DNA of 64,000 nucleotides from assembly GCA_050292425.1 (NCBI GenBank), contig JBNKLP010000003.1:7419-71418 (forward strand), given 5' to 3'. The position numbers and the translations under genes are program-made. The DNA is from Candidatus Nanoarchaeia archaeon (GTDB lineage Archaea > Nanobdellota > Nanobdellia > Woesearchaeales > UBA583). Shown one piece after another: positions 27,981 to 39,811 of this stretch. Each line of letters begins with the position of its first letter. The first letter of the stretch is position 1. A model generated the notes under the pieces. The model did not search any database and was not told the DNA's origin. It saw only the letters and a list, made by a program, of their open reading frames with translations.

Positions 27981-28544
27981 ATGTCTCTAGATATTTTATC
28001 CAAGGAGATAATTGAGCAGGCTCAAAAGGAAAAGGAATCTTTTTCTTCGCAAATTGCTCTGCAAATGTCTGATTTGGAAAAGGAATTTGAAACAAGACTT
28101 GATAAATTCAAGTCTGATTTTTCTTCTAAAAATTCATCAGAACTCTCATATCAGAAAAGTAAGATTATTGGTTCTTACAAAAGGGATGCAAAACATCTTG
28201 TTTTGGATGTAAAGGCAAGAATTCTTAAGGAAGCGTTTGATCTTACTTTGCAGAAACTAATTTCTTTAAGGGGAGAGCAACGAAAGGATATTTTGTCAAA
28301 ATTAGTAAAACTTGCTGAATCTCAGATTGAATTTGAAAAAGTTTATTGTGCAAGAAAAGACATAAAACATCTAAAAGAACTAGTCTCTTCTGATATTAAA
28401 ATAACTTCACAAGAAGATATTGAAGGACTTATATTTGAGGCAAACTCAGGAAAGGAGATAGTGGACTTGACATTTATGCAATTTTTAAAGGAAATCTTTG
28501 AAAACAATGAGGATACCATTCAAAAGAGGTTATTTGATTATTAA
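27981..28544 (+). CDS. atpE: A-type ATPase subunit E
   Basis: Position between K and C, ~190 aa, long charged N-terminal helix plus globular C-terminus. Confidence 0.7.
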   Translation: MSLDILSKEIIEQAQKEKESFSSQIALQMSDLEKEFETRLDKFKSDFSSKNSSELSYQKSKIIGSYKRDAKHLVLDVKARILKEAFDLTLQKLISLRGEQRKDILSKLVKLAESQIEFEKVYCARKDIKHLKELVSSDIKITSQEDIEGLIFEANSGKEIVDLTFMQFLKEIFENNEDTIQKRLFDY

Positions 28545-28547
28545 CAA

Positions 28548-29564
28548 ATGGTAAGAATTGCAAATTTAAAAAAAGGTTCATTTGAGAGTGCAAAAATCTC
28601 AGTTAAAAAAGGAAAACTTTATTCTGAAGAGACAATAAAAAGTTTCGTAAATCAGAGTTTTGATGAAATCCTAAAATATATGGAAGAACATGGATTCAAA
28701 AAATCTATTGACTCATCATATCTTCAATTTGAAGGTTTCTATTTAATTGAAAGAGTTCTTAATATGCATACTTCAAGAATCTACAAACATGTATTCTCTT
28801 CTGCTTCCAAGCAAAACAAGAATCTTCTGGAAGTATATTATTTAAAGTATCAGATTCATAACCTTATGGTACTTGTAAGATGTTATCTCTCAAAGGAAAA
28901 GGACATTGAACCATTCTTGATTGGAGATGAGAGGCGAAAGGAAAAATATGTCAAGGCTTTTGAAATGCCAAAACTTGAAGATGCTATAACTTATATTTCA
29001 AAGAAACTAAGACTTGATGAATCAGAAGTTCTAAAAGCATATGAAAATGGAGTTTATGAACTTGAGAATTATTTATACAAACAATATTATGAAAAGCTTA
29101 AATCGTATAGGTTCAAGTACAATAGTGTTGATGAAAGCAAATTCTTCAAATTTATAAGAACATATATTGACCTTATTAATGCAAGAACATTCATGAAATT
29201 AAAATCTGAAGAATTAAAATCTCTTAATTTCAATGAAATGTATATTGAAGGAGGAGAACTTAACCTAAAATTCTTTAATGATATTTCAAATCTTGATGTT
29301 GAAAAATCCCTTGATAAGTTCAACAAGCATTTTGGTCACCTTGAATCCTGCAAGGATTTAAGTTGCATTGCATCACTTGACAAAAGAGTTAATGAACACA
29401 AAGCATCGGCAAAAGAAGTTTTCAAAATAGCATCATTTGGTTCTCCATTCTTCTCATTAAAATACTTACTTGAAGTTGAAAGACAGATGGCCAAACTAAG
29501 AGTTCTATTAAAGGCAAAATACCTAAAAGTTGAGGATAAGGAAATTGAGGGGTTATTGATGTAG
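28548..29564 (+). CDS. atpC: A-type ATPase subunit C (d-like)
   Basis: Operon position, 338 aa, all-helical repeat composition. Confidence 0.75.
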   Translation: MVRIANLKKGSFESAKISVKKGKLYSEETIKSFVNQSFDEILKYMEEHGFKKSIDSSYLQFEGFYLIERVLNMHTSRIYKHVFSSASKQNKNLLEVYYLKYQIHNLMVLVRCYLSKEKDIEPFLIGDERRKEKYVKAFEMPKLEDAITYISKKLRLDESEVLKAYENGVYELENYLYKQYYEKLKSYRFKYNSVDESKFFKFIRTYIDLINARTFMKLKSEELKSLNFNEMYIEGGELNLKFFNDISNLDVEKSLDKFNKHFGHLESCKDLSCIASLDKRVNEHKASAKEVFKIASFGSPFFSLKYLLEVERQMAKLRVLLKAKYLKVEDKEIEGLLM

Positions 29565-29567
29565 AAA

Positions 29568-29855
29568 ATGAGTAAGGTAATAGTAGTTGGAGAAGAAGAA
29601 TTCACATTAGGGTTTGAGCTTGTAGGAATTGAGGCAAAGCCTCTTGAAGAACTTGAAACACTTTTATCAAACAAGGAAGAAATAGGAATAATCATTCTCT
29701 CGCAAAAAGATTATGATACTTTATCTTTAAAAGTGAAAAACCAGATTGAAAAATTAATCAAGCCTATTGTAGTTATTTTATCAGCAGATGATGTAAAAGG
29801 AAATTCCTTGAGGGAGCAAATCATTAAATCACTGGGTGTGGATTTGATGAAATAA
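29568..29855 (+). CDS. atpF: A-type ATPase subunit F
   Basis: 95 aa; VIVVGEEEFTLGFELVGIE N-terminus typical of V/A-type subunit F. Confidence 0.75.
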   Translation: MSKVIVVGEEEFTLGFELVGIEAKPLEELETLLSNKEEIGIIILSQKDYDTLSLKVKNQIEKLIKPIVVILSADDVKGNSLREQIIKSLGVDLMK

Positions 29856-29908
29856 TTCTTTTTTAATCTAGACAAAAATTTAAAAATAATAGATTTCATT
29901 ATAATTTT

Positions 29909-30736
29909 ATGATAAGGGGATTTTTATGGATTATTATGTTTTTATTTTTATTAATATCATCAGTATATTCTGCACTCTCTGATAATCTTGTATCTTATTA
30001 TCCCCTTGATTCAACAAATGGTTTAAATTCAACCGTTGGTAATGTTCAAACTTTGGAAAAAGGTGCTGCTGCCTCACAAGCATCTGAGTATATGACTATG
30101 ATAAGAAATTCGAATTCTTATGTAAGAACAACAACAAACACAACTCCTTATGTTGCACCAGGAAGAACATATAATTGGACTGTGTCTTTATGGTTTTTCT
30201 CTTCTGATTTGACTAATAATGCTTATCAGTGTATTTGGTATCAGACTAATGAACGACATATTCCTTTAGTAAATAATATGGCTGATGGGATATGTTTTAA
30301 GGCATCAGGAGGAGGTTTTTATGGTGTTTGTAATGGTCCTAGTTTAACAGGTTCTGAAAATCAATGGCATCATTTGGCAATAGTTTACAGATACATTGAT
30401 GCATCTAATGGAAACTGGACTATTTATGTTGACAACAATAAATTTTCTTTTTTGAATTCTTCAGCTGATTCAGATAATGCAATAATTTTTGGTTCATTTC
30501 TAACAAGTAATAATCTAGAGGGAGGTTTAAGAGATATAGGTATTTGGGACAGACCTTTATCTGATGCCGAAATAGCTTTGTTATACGGATATAATGGAAG
30601 TACTAGTTTTATTTCTTCTCCTTCTTCTCCACCAACTACAGCAAGAACAATTTTTCCAACTCAAGGATTAATTTCAATACTTCTTACAATAACTTTATTA
30701 TCATCATATTTCTTAAGAAAAAATAATTTATTTTAA
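29909..30736 (+). CDS. secreted LamG/concanavalin-A-like lectin-fold protein with C-terminal anchor
   Basis: Signal peptide; LamG_3 pattern (LVSYYPLD, TVSLWF, WHHLAIVY, IYVDNN, LRDIGIWDRPLSDAEIALLY); S/P/T linker, IFPTQGLISIL motif, TM, RKNNLF. TTTAAAAA 23 nt upstream. Confidence 0.75.
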   Translation: MIRGFLWIIMFLFLLISSVYSALSDNLVSYYPLDSTNGLNSTVGNVQTLEKGAAASQASEYMTMIRNSNSYVRTTTNTTPYVAPGRTYNWTVSLWFFSSDLTNNAYQCIWYQTNERHIPLVNNMADGICFKASGGGFYGVCNGPSLTGSENQWHHLAIVYRYIDASNGNWTIYVDNNKFSFLNSSADSDNAIIFGSFLTSNNLEGGLRDIGIWDRPLSDAEIALLYGYNGSTSFISSPSSPPTTARTIFPTQGLISILLTITLLSSYFLRKNNLF

Positions 30737-30755
30737 TTATTAAAAAGATATTATT

Positions 30756-31106
30756 TTAAATTCGACCCATCTCAGTTAATATTAATTTTTCAAAAGCATT
30801 CCGAAAAGCTTCTTCAACTGCATACTCAACATCAGATTTGGGTTTTACGTTTGTTACAATCTTTTTTTCTCCATATCTTCCTTGAGGATGGTTGAAATAT
30901 TTAAGTATTTTTAATCCTTGTGAAAATGAAGGTTTTCTTGATTTGCCATGATATTCTTTTTCATCTTCAGATTCCCTAAATAATGTTAGTTTATTGTGAA
31001 CTAAGGGAATCAGAGTATTATGTGGAGTAACTGAAACTACTCCCATTTCAACTGAATCTAAAGAAGAGGGTATTTCTATCAAATAATCCAAATATGGTCT
31101 TTTCAT
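30756..31106 (-). CDS. hypothetical protein
   Basis: 116-aa ORF with its own exact TATA box at canonical spacing. No family recognised. Confidence 0.5.
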   Translation of the reverse strand: MKRPYLDYLIEIPSSLDSVEMGVVSVTPHNTLIPLVHNKLTLFRESEDEKEYHGKSRKPSFSQGLKILKYFNHPQGRYGEKKIVTNVKPKSDVEYAVEEAFRNAFEKLILTEMGRI

Positions 31107-31127
31107 ATGTTTTTAAATTTAATTATG

Positions 31128-31135
31128 TTTATAAA
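31128..31135 (-). promoter_or_regulatory. TATA box TTTATAAA
   Basis: Exact box, 22 nt from ATG 31106. Confidence 0.6.
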
Positions 31136-31189
31136 TTTTTGTTAATTTTTCCCTCTTCATGTTTAAAGGGATGTATCTTGCGGCAAACC

Positions 31190-31197
31190 TTTATAAA
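31190..31197 (+). promoter_or_regulatory. TATA box TTTATAAA for atpA-B-D
   Basis: Exact box, 35 nt from ATG 31232. Implies a separate transcription unit for A-B-D. Confidence 0.5.
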
Positions 31198-31231
31198 CTC
31201 CCCAATTTTCCTCTCAATTAGAAAACTAACC

Positions 31232-32983
<1,752 letters not shown>

Positions 32984-32985
32984 AA

Positions 32986-34347
32986 ATGGCTATTAAGAAA
33001 GAATATAAAACAATTAGTAAAGTTGCAGGTCCACTTATTTTTGTAAAAGAGACTCATCCTGTTGGTTATTCTGAAATCGTTGAGGTAAACTATGGAGAAG
33101 AAAAAAGACTTGGACAGGTTTTGGAAACATCAGAAAAAACTGTTGTAGTTCAGCTTTTCGAAGGAACACAGGGAGCTCACAAGGACGCTTCAGTTAAATT
33201 TCTTGGTGAGCCACTAACTCTGAAACTAGATGATTCAATTAAGGGAAGAGTTCTAAACGGTCTAGGACAACCACTTGATGGAGGGCCAAAACTAACTGGA
33301 GAAAAAGTTGAAATCACAGGAGCTGCAATCAACCCTTATTCAAGAGGAATGCCTAATAACTTCATTCAGACTGGAGTCTCAGCAATCGATTTGATGACAA
33401 CTCTTGTAAGAGGGCAGAAACTTCCTATTTTTTCAGGTTCTGGACTTACACATAACGACCTAGCACTTCAAATTGCAAGGCAGGCAAAAGTAATTGGAGA
33501 AAAACAGGACTTCCTTGTAGTATTCGGAGCAATGGGGATTACAAACGAAGAGGCTCTAAAATTCCAGAAATCATTTGAAGAATCAGGAGCAATTGATAAT
33601 GCAATCCTTTTCATTAACAAGGCAGACGACCCATCAGTTGAAAGATTGGTAACTCCAAGAATGGCTCTAACAGCAGCCGAATACTTTGCTTTTGAAAAAG
33701 ACATGCATGTTCTTGTAATATTAACTGACCTTACAAACTATTGTGAATCCTTAAGAGAAATTGGAGCTGCAAGAGAAGAAATTCCAGGTAGAAGAGGATA
33801 CCCTGGTTACATGTACACAGACCTTTCCCAAATCTATGAAAGAGCTGGTATGGTAAAGGGAAGAAAAGGTTCAGTAACACAGATTCCTATCTTGACAATG
33901 CCTGGTGATGATAAGACTCACCCAATTCCAGACCTTACAGGATATATTACTGAAGGTCAGGTTCAGCTTGGAAGAGAACTTCACAGAACAAACATTTATC
34001 CATCAATTGATGTGCTTCCATCACTTTCAAGACTTATGGGACTTGGAACTGGAGAGGGAAAAACAAGAGAAGACCACAAAAAAGTATCTGATCAGGTTTA
34101 CGCTCTTTATGCAGAAGGAAGAGACCTAAGAGGACTTGTTGCAATTGTTGGAGAAGAAGCTCTATCTGACAGGGATAAAAGAAAACTTAAATTTGCAAAG
34201 GAGTTTGAGGAAAAATTCTTGCAGCAGGGTCTTAACGAAGAAAGAAACTTCAACAAGACAATGGAAATTGCATGGGATTTATTAAGACTAATTCCAAGAG
34301 AAGAGCTTAACAAGATTGACAATAAAATTAAAGACAAATATTATTAA
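32986..34347 (+). CDS. atpB: A-type ATPase subunit B
   Basis: Typical B subunit ([30 protein letters not shown]). ATG 32986 is 3 nt after the atpA stop; track TTG 32980 is the alternative. Confidence 0.95.
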   Translation: MAIKKEYKTISKVAGPLIFVKETHPVGYSEIVEVNYGEEKRLGQVLETSEKTVVVQLFEGTQGAHKDASVKFLGEPLTLKLDDSIKGRVLNGLGQPLDGGPKLTGEKVEITGAAINPYSRGMPNNFIQTGVSAIDLMTTLVRGQKLPIFSGSGLTHNDLALQIARQAKVIGEKQDFLVVFGAMGITNEEALKFQKSFEESGAIDNAILFINKADDPSVERLVTPRMALTAAEYFAFEKDMHVLVILTDLTNYCESLREIGAAREEIPGRRGYPGYMYTDLSQIYERAGMVKGRKGSVTQIPILTMPGDDKTHPIPDLTGYITEGQVQLGRELHRTNIYPSIDVLPSLSRLMGLGTGEGKTREDHKKVSDQVYALYAEGRDLRGLVAIVGEEALSDRDKRKLKFAKEFEEKFLQQGLNEERNFNKTMEIAWDLLRLIPREELNKIDNKIKDKYY

Positions 34348-34349
34348 AA

Positions 34350-34982
34350 ATGTCTAAAACAATTTCGCCAAACAGATCTGAATTAATAAAGCTTAAAGCA
34401 AAAATCAAGACAGCATCCAAAGGTCACTCTCTACTAAAAAAGAAAAGAGATGGTCTTATTATGGATTTTTTCAAACTTTTAGAAAATGCTAAGGATTTAA
34501 GATCTGAAATGATAAACTCATTTAAATTATCAGAAGAATCTCTTAAAAGAACTAGAATTCTCTCATTTGATTTAGAACTTAAAATCTATGGAAAAACAAC
34601 AAAAGGAAGAAACCTTATTGATTTCCAGTCAAAAAACATCATGGGTCTGACAGTTCCTCAAATTAAATCAGAATTCAACAAAAGGGATTTAATTGAAAGA
34701 AACAGAACTATTTATTCTTCATTCACACTTGATGATACAATCAAAAAATACGAAGACTTGGTAAAGAAAATCATCATTGTAGCTGAAATGGAAACAGCAA
34801 TGATCAGACTTCTAAAAGAGATTGAAAAAACAAAAAGAAGAGTTAATGGACTTGAGTTCAACATCATTCCTTCTCTGAAAAAATCAGAAAGCTTTGTGAA
34901 ACTTTCTCTAGAAGAAATGGAAAGGGACAATACAATTAGGCTTAAAAAAATTAAAGCTAAATTGGATGCTGCTGAAGCATAA
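34350..34982 (+). CDS. atpD: A-type ATPase central-stalk subunit D
   Basis: PNRSELIKLKAKIKTASKGHSLLKKKRDGL N-terminus and C-terminal coiled coil. Confidence 0.9.
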   Translation: MSKTISPNRSELIKLKAKIKTASKGHSLLKKKRDGLIMDFFKLLENAKDLRSEMINSFKLSEESLKRTRILSFDLELKIYGKTTKGRNLIDFQSKNIMGLTVPQIKSEFNKRDLIERNRTIYSSFTLDDTIKKYEDLVKKIIIVAEMETAMIRLLKEIEKTKRRVNGLEFNIIPSLKKSESFVKLSLEEMERDNTIRLKKIKAKLDAAEA

Positions 34983-35042
34983 AATTCTTTAAACTTTTTA
35001 GACACAACCAAGATTTAAAAACTAATTTTAATTTTCAACATT

Positions 35043-35981
35043 ATGGCAATTTCATCATCAACTTTTTCCAGAATTTTAGATAGAATAAGGCATTCTCTCT
35101 TAATTTTTTTAGATGTAATTTCTAAATTTAATATTTATTATAAAATAATAATTTTGATTGTATTGTGGTTTCTTCTTTCCAACTTTCCAAGTAGGTGGAT
35201 TTTGCAGTATGGTATTGTTCCTGGGATGATTGAAATTTTATTTTATTATGTAGCATTAAATCTTGGTTTTAGTTTTGCAAGAATAAGTATTGTTTCAATT
35301 TATAAAAGAAAAAATAACTTTGCAACAGATTACTTTGATAACTTCATACTTGGAATTGGCAGGGTTTCATTCTTGCTGACAAATATAGTATTTGTATTTG
35401 TATTCTTGTATCTTATAGGACTTGATATAAGGGAATTCTTAACATCTATTTCTTTGTTTGCAGTAGCTTTGGTTTTGATATTCAAAGACTATATTTCAAA
35501 CGTCTTAAATGGAATGGTATTAATGTTTTCAACTGATTTCAAATTAAAAGAATATGTTAAAGTTGGAGATTTCAAAGGAAGAATAATAGATGTTACATTT
35601 CTTAACACTGAACTCAGGACTGATGATGGAGATATAGTTTTCATTCCAAACACAACAATGCTATCAAAAGAAGTTATCAATTATAGCAAGGCTACAACAA
35701 AAAGAATAAGATATGAATTTTCACTTGCTTTAAAATTCGCAGGAAAATTTGCAAAACTTGAAGAACATATTTCTCAAGGTCTCTCAAATGAATTTGAATC
35801 ATATATAAGCCCTGATAATATCTCATTAAAAGTTTTAAATGTGAATAAGGATCAAATTTCAGTAATACTTGAAGTAACCTCTCAAAAATACAACTTCAAA
35901 TTTGAAGACAAAATTAAGACGACTTTCTCAAGACTTCTTTTGGAGTTCATTGACAAAAATTCTGGGAAAATGAAAAATTAA
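35043..35981 (+). CDS. MscS-family mechanosensitive channel
   Basis: Multiple TMs, then the MscS core: DYISNVLNGMVLMFSTDFKLKEYVKVGDFKGRIIDVTFLNTELRTDDGDIVFIPNTTM. Confidence 0.8.
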   Translation: MAISSSTFSRILDRIRHSLLIFLDVISKFNIYYKIIILIVLWFLLSNFPSRWILQYGIVPGMIEILFYYVALNLGFSFARISIVSIYKRKNNFATDYFDNFILGIGRVSFLLTNIVFVFVFLYLIGLDIREFLTSISLFAVALVLIFKDYISNVLNGMVLMFSTDFKLKEYVKVGDFKGRIIDVTFLNTELRTDDGDIVFIPNTTMLSKEVINYSKATTKRIRYEFSLALKFAGKFAKLEEHISQGLSNEFESYISPDNISLKVLNVNKDQISVILEVTSQKYNFKFEDKIKTTFSRLLLEFIDKNSGKMKN

Positions 35982-36382
35982 TTAAACTCTTGATTTAAAA
36001 ATTCGTCTAATTTTATTTTTAAATCTTTTAAATTATCATAATATATTATTTCTTTCAAATTAGGACTGCCTTTAACTAAACCTGACACTTTACTATTACT
36101 TCTAGCAATTACCAAAAGTGGTTTTCCTAAAACTGCACTTTCTCTAATTTCCATACCTTGCTCAGTTGAAGGATCTGATTGTTCTCCAATTATGAAATCT
36201 GCCCATTTTACAGATTTAAATGCTCTTTCATAACGTTCAGAATTTGTTCCTTTAAAATTTGCAGTTTCAATGGGAGATGAAATCTCATTAGAAAATTTGT
36301 TACATAGTAGAATAACTGTATTATAAAGATTAATTCTTTCTTTGGTCTTGGGCAAAGAACCCAATATTAAAATTTTCTTCAT
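35978..36382 (-). CDS. nucleoside 2-deoxyribosyltransferase-like protein
   Basis: MKKILILGS.. and ADFIIGEQSDPSTEQGMEIRESAVLGKPLLVI resemble the PF05014 pattern. By eye only. Confidence 0.5.
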   Translation of the reverse strand: MKKILILGSLPKTKERINLYNTVILLCNKFSNEISSPIETANFKGTNSERYERAFKSVKWADFIIGEQSDPSTEQGMEIRESAVLGKPLLVIARSNSKVSGLVKGSPNLKEIIYYDNLKDLKIKLDEFLNQEFN

Positions 36383-36403
36383 ATTAGTTTCTCAGATTTA
36401 TTA

Positions 36404-36411
36404 TTTATAAA
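36404..36411 (-). promoter_or_regulatory. TATA box TTTATAAA
   Basis: Exact box, 22 nt from ATG 36382. Confidence 0.6.
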
Positions 36412-36485
36412 TTTAGTTAAAAGTTTGAATGACTGCTCCTAGTTAGTTCAAAACATTTAAATACTTGTTCTTTTTTGCCTTTTCT

Positions 36486-38042
36486 ATGACTAAAAACCTT
36501 AAGGAAGTTATTTATTCGTTGCATCCACTTGAAAGAAAAGTTTTGCCATATGTGCAGTTAAAATCAACAAGTGAAATTGCAAAAAAAGCAAACCTTACTG
36601 AGGCTGAAAGTTTAACAGGACTTCAACTTTTAGAACAGAAAGGATATGTAAAACTAGATCAATCAGAAGAAAAATTTATTGGACTCGATAAATTTGGAGA
36701 AAAATTTGTTGATTCTGATTTGCCTGAAATTGCTTTTCTAAAAGAAATTGAGATTAAAGAAAAAAAACATTCTGAATTGAATATAGAGCCAGATCAGATA
36801 GGAGCAGCTCTAGGGATTCTTAAGAGAAATCAGTTAATCTCAATTAAAAAAGAGAATGAAATGATTTATTCTGCAAATGAAAACGCAAAAAATTATCTTA
36901 AAGAAAACAAAAAAAATCCGCTTAAACTATTTGAAGCAGATGTTCTTGCAGAATCTTTATCAAAAGAACAAAAAGAGATATTTGAAAGCTTCAAGCCTAG
37001 AAAAGGTTTCCTTAAGGAATTTTCAAAAAAATCATTTTCAATCAATTTAACTCCAGAAGGTAAGAAAATTGCAGATGAAATTACTAATAACTATTCAAAA
37101 CTGGATTTTATAGAAGTACTTGAACCAGAAATGTTAAAAAAAGGAACATGGAAAAATAAAGAATTCAGGCATTATGATACAGCACTTGAGACTCCAATAG
37201 TTGAAATGGGAAGAAGGCATCCTATGATTGAAGCAAACAACATTCTAAGAGATGTTTTTGTTGAGATGGGGTTCAAGGAGATGGAGGGACCTATGGTAGA
37301 ATCAGCATTCTGGAACATGGATGTAATGTGGATTCCTCAGGATCATCCCGCAAGAGATGAACAAGATACATTTTACTTGCAAGGAAAAGCAGATGTGCCA
37401 GAAGATATCATGAAAGAAGTAAAAAGCTTGCATGAAGGAGGAATAAAAAGAACTCATACTCAAAAAGGAGATTGGTCTGAAGATATAACCAAAAAGAGAC
37501 TTCTAAGAACTCACTCTACTTCAACCTCATTTAGAACTCTAGCTCAACTTGGAGAAAAACTCAAAAAAGGAGAAGACATAAACGGAAAATATTTCTATGT
37601 GGCAAATGTATTTAGAAATGAGGCTGTTGATGCAACTCATCTTGCAGAGTTCTTTCAGGGAGAAGGATTCATTGTTGGTGATGACCTATCACTTGCAGAT
37701 TTGATGGGTTTCATTAAAGAATATTATGCAAAATTTGGGATAGATAAAATCAGATTCAAGCCAACTTTCAATCCTTACACAGAGCCATCTATGGAAGCTC
37801 ATTACTATGATCCAAAACTTCAGAAATGGTATGCTCTTATCAACTCAGGAATATTCAGACCTGAGACTCTAAAGCCATTTGGACTTGAAAGCAAAAAAGT
37901 AATTGCTTGGGGAATGGGAGCATCAAGAGTTGCTGCTCTTCTCTCACAAAAAGATTCTATGAGAGACATCACAGGTGCAACATGTGATTTTGAGTGGATG
38001 AAAACAAGACCTATGATGAAAAGGGAGATTGTGAGGAAATAA
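36486..38042 (+). CDS. pheS: phenylalanine--tRNA ligase alpha subunit
   Basis: Class II motifs FRNEAVDATHLAEFFQGEG and GMGASRVAAL. TTTAAATA at 36456-36463 is 23 nt from ATG 36486, supporting it over track TTG 36465. Confidence 0.92.
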   Translation: MTKNLKEVIYSLHPLERKVLPYVQLKSTSEIAKKANLTEAESLTGLQLLEQKGYVKLDQSEEKFIGLDKFGEKFVDSDLPEIAFLKEIEIKEKKHSELNIEPDQIGAALGILKRNQLISIKKENEMIYSANENAKNYLKENKKNPLKLFEADVLAESLSKEQKEIFESFKPRKGFLKEFSKKSFSINLTPEGKKIADEITNNYSKLDFIEVLEPEMLKKGTWKNKEFRHYDTALETPIVEMGRRHPMIEANNILRDVFVEMGFKEMEGPMVESAFWNMDVMWIPQDHPARDEQDTFYLQGKADVPEDIMKEVKSLHEGGIKRTHTQKGDWSEDITKKRLLRTHSTSTSFRTLAQLGEKLKKGEDINGKYFYVANVFRNEAVDATHLAEFFQGEGFIVGDDLSLADLMGFIKEYYAKFGIDKIRFKPTFNPYTEPSMEAHYYDPKLQKWYALINSGIFRPETLKPFGLESKKVIAWGMGASRVAALLSQKDSMRDITGATCDFEWMKTRPMMKREIVRK

Positions 38043-38044
38043 AA

Positions 38045-39733
38045 ATGGTTTATGTATATGCAACAAAAAATGAATTGAACAAGTACATTGGAAAAAAATT
38101 AACTGTTGATGAAATGCAGACTACTCTAAAAGATTTGGGAATGGACATTAAAGGCGAGGAAACTTTGGAAAATGGAGATATTGAACTAAAAGTTGAACTT
38201 ACAGCAGAAAAACTTGATATGATTTCAGCAGTTGGGATTGCAAGGGCAATCAAATATTATTTAGGACTTGAAAAAAAATTGCCTAAATATGAAATTGCCA
38301 ATGGAACTAACAGAGTAATTGTTGACAAATCAGCTTCACAAAGCAGACCAAAAACAGTTGCAGCAATTCTAAGAGATGTTCCAATGACACAGGAACTTCT
38401 TGATGAAATGATAAAAATTCAAGAAAAGATTCATGATTCATTTGGAAGGGGAAGAAAAAAAGGAGCAATTGGAATTTATCCAATTGATAACTTTAAATTT
38501 CCAGTTACATATAGTGCTGAAGAACCAAAACAAATTGTGTTCAGACCTCTTGAAGCTACAAATGAAATGCATGGACTTGAAATACTTGAAAAGCATGACA
38601 CAGGAAAAAAATATGCTCATCTTTTAGCAGAACACAAATTATTTCCTGTATTCAGGGATGCAAATAAAAAGGTTCTTTCAATGCCTCCAATTATTAATTC
38701 ACATGAGACAGGAAGAGTTGAGCTGAATCATAAAGACTTGTTTATTGAATGTACAGGGTTCAATATTCAGCTTTTAGACAATATCCTAAAAGTTCTTGTA
38801 ACAACATTTATAGAAATGGGAGCAAAAGCAGAATCTGTAATAGTTGAATATGAAAAAGAAATTTACGAATTAAACCTTAACTCAACAATAGATGAAATTG
38901 AGTTAGACTACATTAATTCACTTATTGGAACAGATATAATGGAAAATGAGATTGAATCATTATTAAACAAAGTTATGTATAATGTAAAATCTATTAAAAA
39001 TGGTAAAATTGAGCTTGAAATTCCAACATTCAGATCAGATGTTTGGTCAGATGTGGACATTGCAGATGATGTTGCAAGAGCATATGGATATAATAACATT
39101 ATACCTAAATTTCCAAACATTTCATCAGTTGGAGAAACTCTTCCATTTTCTCGATTCAAAGAACAGATTGCTCAGACTCTAGTTCAAATGGGATTCTTGG
39201 AAACATACACATATATGCTAACATCAACTCAAATTCAATTCAAAAATATGGGAATAGATGAGGAAAAGGCCAAATACATCAGATTGATTGACAGTGCAGA
39301 CCAAGGACTTAACATGATAAGAACAATGGTTCTCCCAAACTCATTTGAGACTTTAAACATCAACAGAAAAAACAAATATCCTCAGAAAATTTTTGAGCAG
39401 GGTTTCACAATTCAACTTGATGAAAAAGCAGATACTGGTGCTACAAATCAGATGCATCTAAGTGTCTCAATTGCTGATCCTAAATCAAACTACACTCAAA
39501 TCAAAGCTGTAATGGATACAATTTTAAAATTAAATGGAGTTGAATTTGAAGTAAAACCTTCTCAAGAAACATTCTTGATTGAAGGAAGAAGAGCAGATGT
39601 ATATGTAAAGGGTCAAAAAGTAGGATTCATAGGAGAAGTACACCCCCAGATTTTGGAGAATTTTGGTCTATTGGTTCCAGTTGCATCATTTGAAGTAAAT
39701 TTAAATAGGATTTTTGAGCTAATTAACAATTAA
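38045..39733 (+). CDS. pheT: phenylalanine--tRNA ligase beta subunit (archaeal/eukaryal type)
   Basis: Starts 2 nt after the pheS stop (MVYVYATKNEL). B3/4 and B5-type regions (..IYPIDN.., ..FRSDVWSDVDIADDVARAYGY..). Confidence 0.92.
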   Translation: MVYVYATKNELNKYIGKKLTVDEMQTTLKDLGMDIKGEETLENGDIELKVELTAEKLDMISAVGIARAIKYYLGLEKKLPKYEIANGTNRVIVDKSASQSRPKTVAAILRDVPMTQELLDEMIKIQEKIHDSFGRGRKKGAIGIYPIDNFKFPVTYSAEEPKQIVFRPLEATNEMHGLEILEKHDTGKKYAHLLAEHKLFPVFRDANKKVLSMPPIINSHETGRVELNHKDLFIECTGFNIQLLDNILKVLVTTFIEMGAKAESVIVEYEKEIYELNLNSTIDEIELDYINSLIGTDIMENEIESLLNKVMYNVKSIKNGKIELEIPTFRSDVWSDVDIADDVARAYGYNNIIPKFPNISSVGETLPFSRFKEQIAQTLVQMGFLETYTYMLTSTQIQFKNMGIDEEKAKYIRLIDSADQGLNMIRTMVLPNSFETLNINRKNKYPQKIFEQGFTIQLDEKADTGATNQMHLSVSIADPKSNYTQIKAVMDTILKLNGVEFEVKPSQETFLIEGRRADVYVKGQKVGFIGEVHPQILENFGLLVPVASFEVNLNRIFELINN

Positions 39734-39811
39734 TTACGAAAAAATATTCTCTTTTTAGTAGTTCTAAAGATTTAAAAACAACTTTTTTCGTATTTTAACC
39801 AAGTAATTAAA

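Noticed and set aside
39735-39792. The inverted repeat TACGAAAAAA/TTTTTTCGTA, and the 8-mer AAGTAATT (39801) versus AATTACTT (43686), considered as island att sites or terminal repeats.
   Set aside because: These are short AT-rich matches easily produced by chance, and they have no similarity to the tRNA-Phe 3' end. They are kept only as a note within the island finding.
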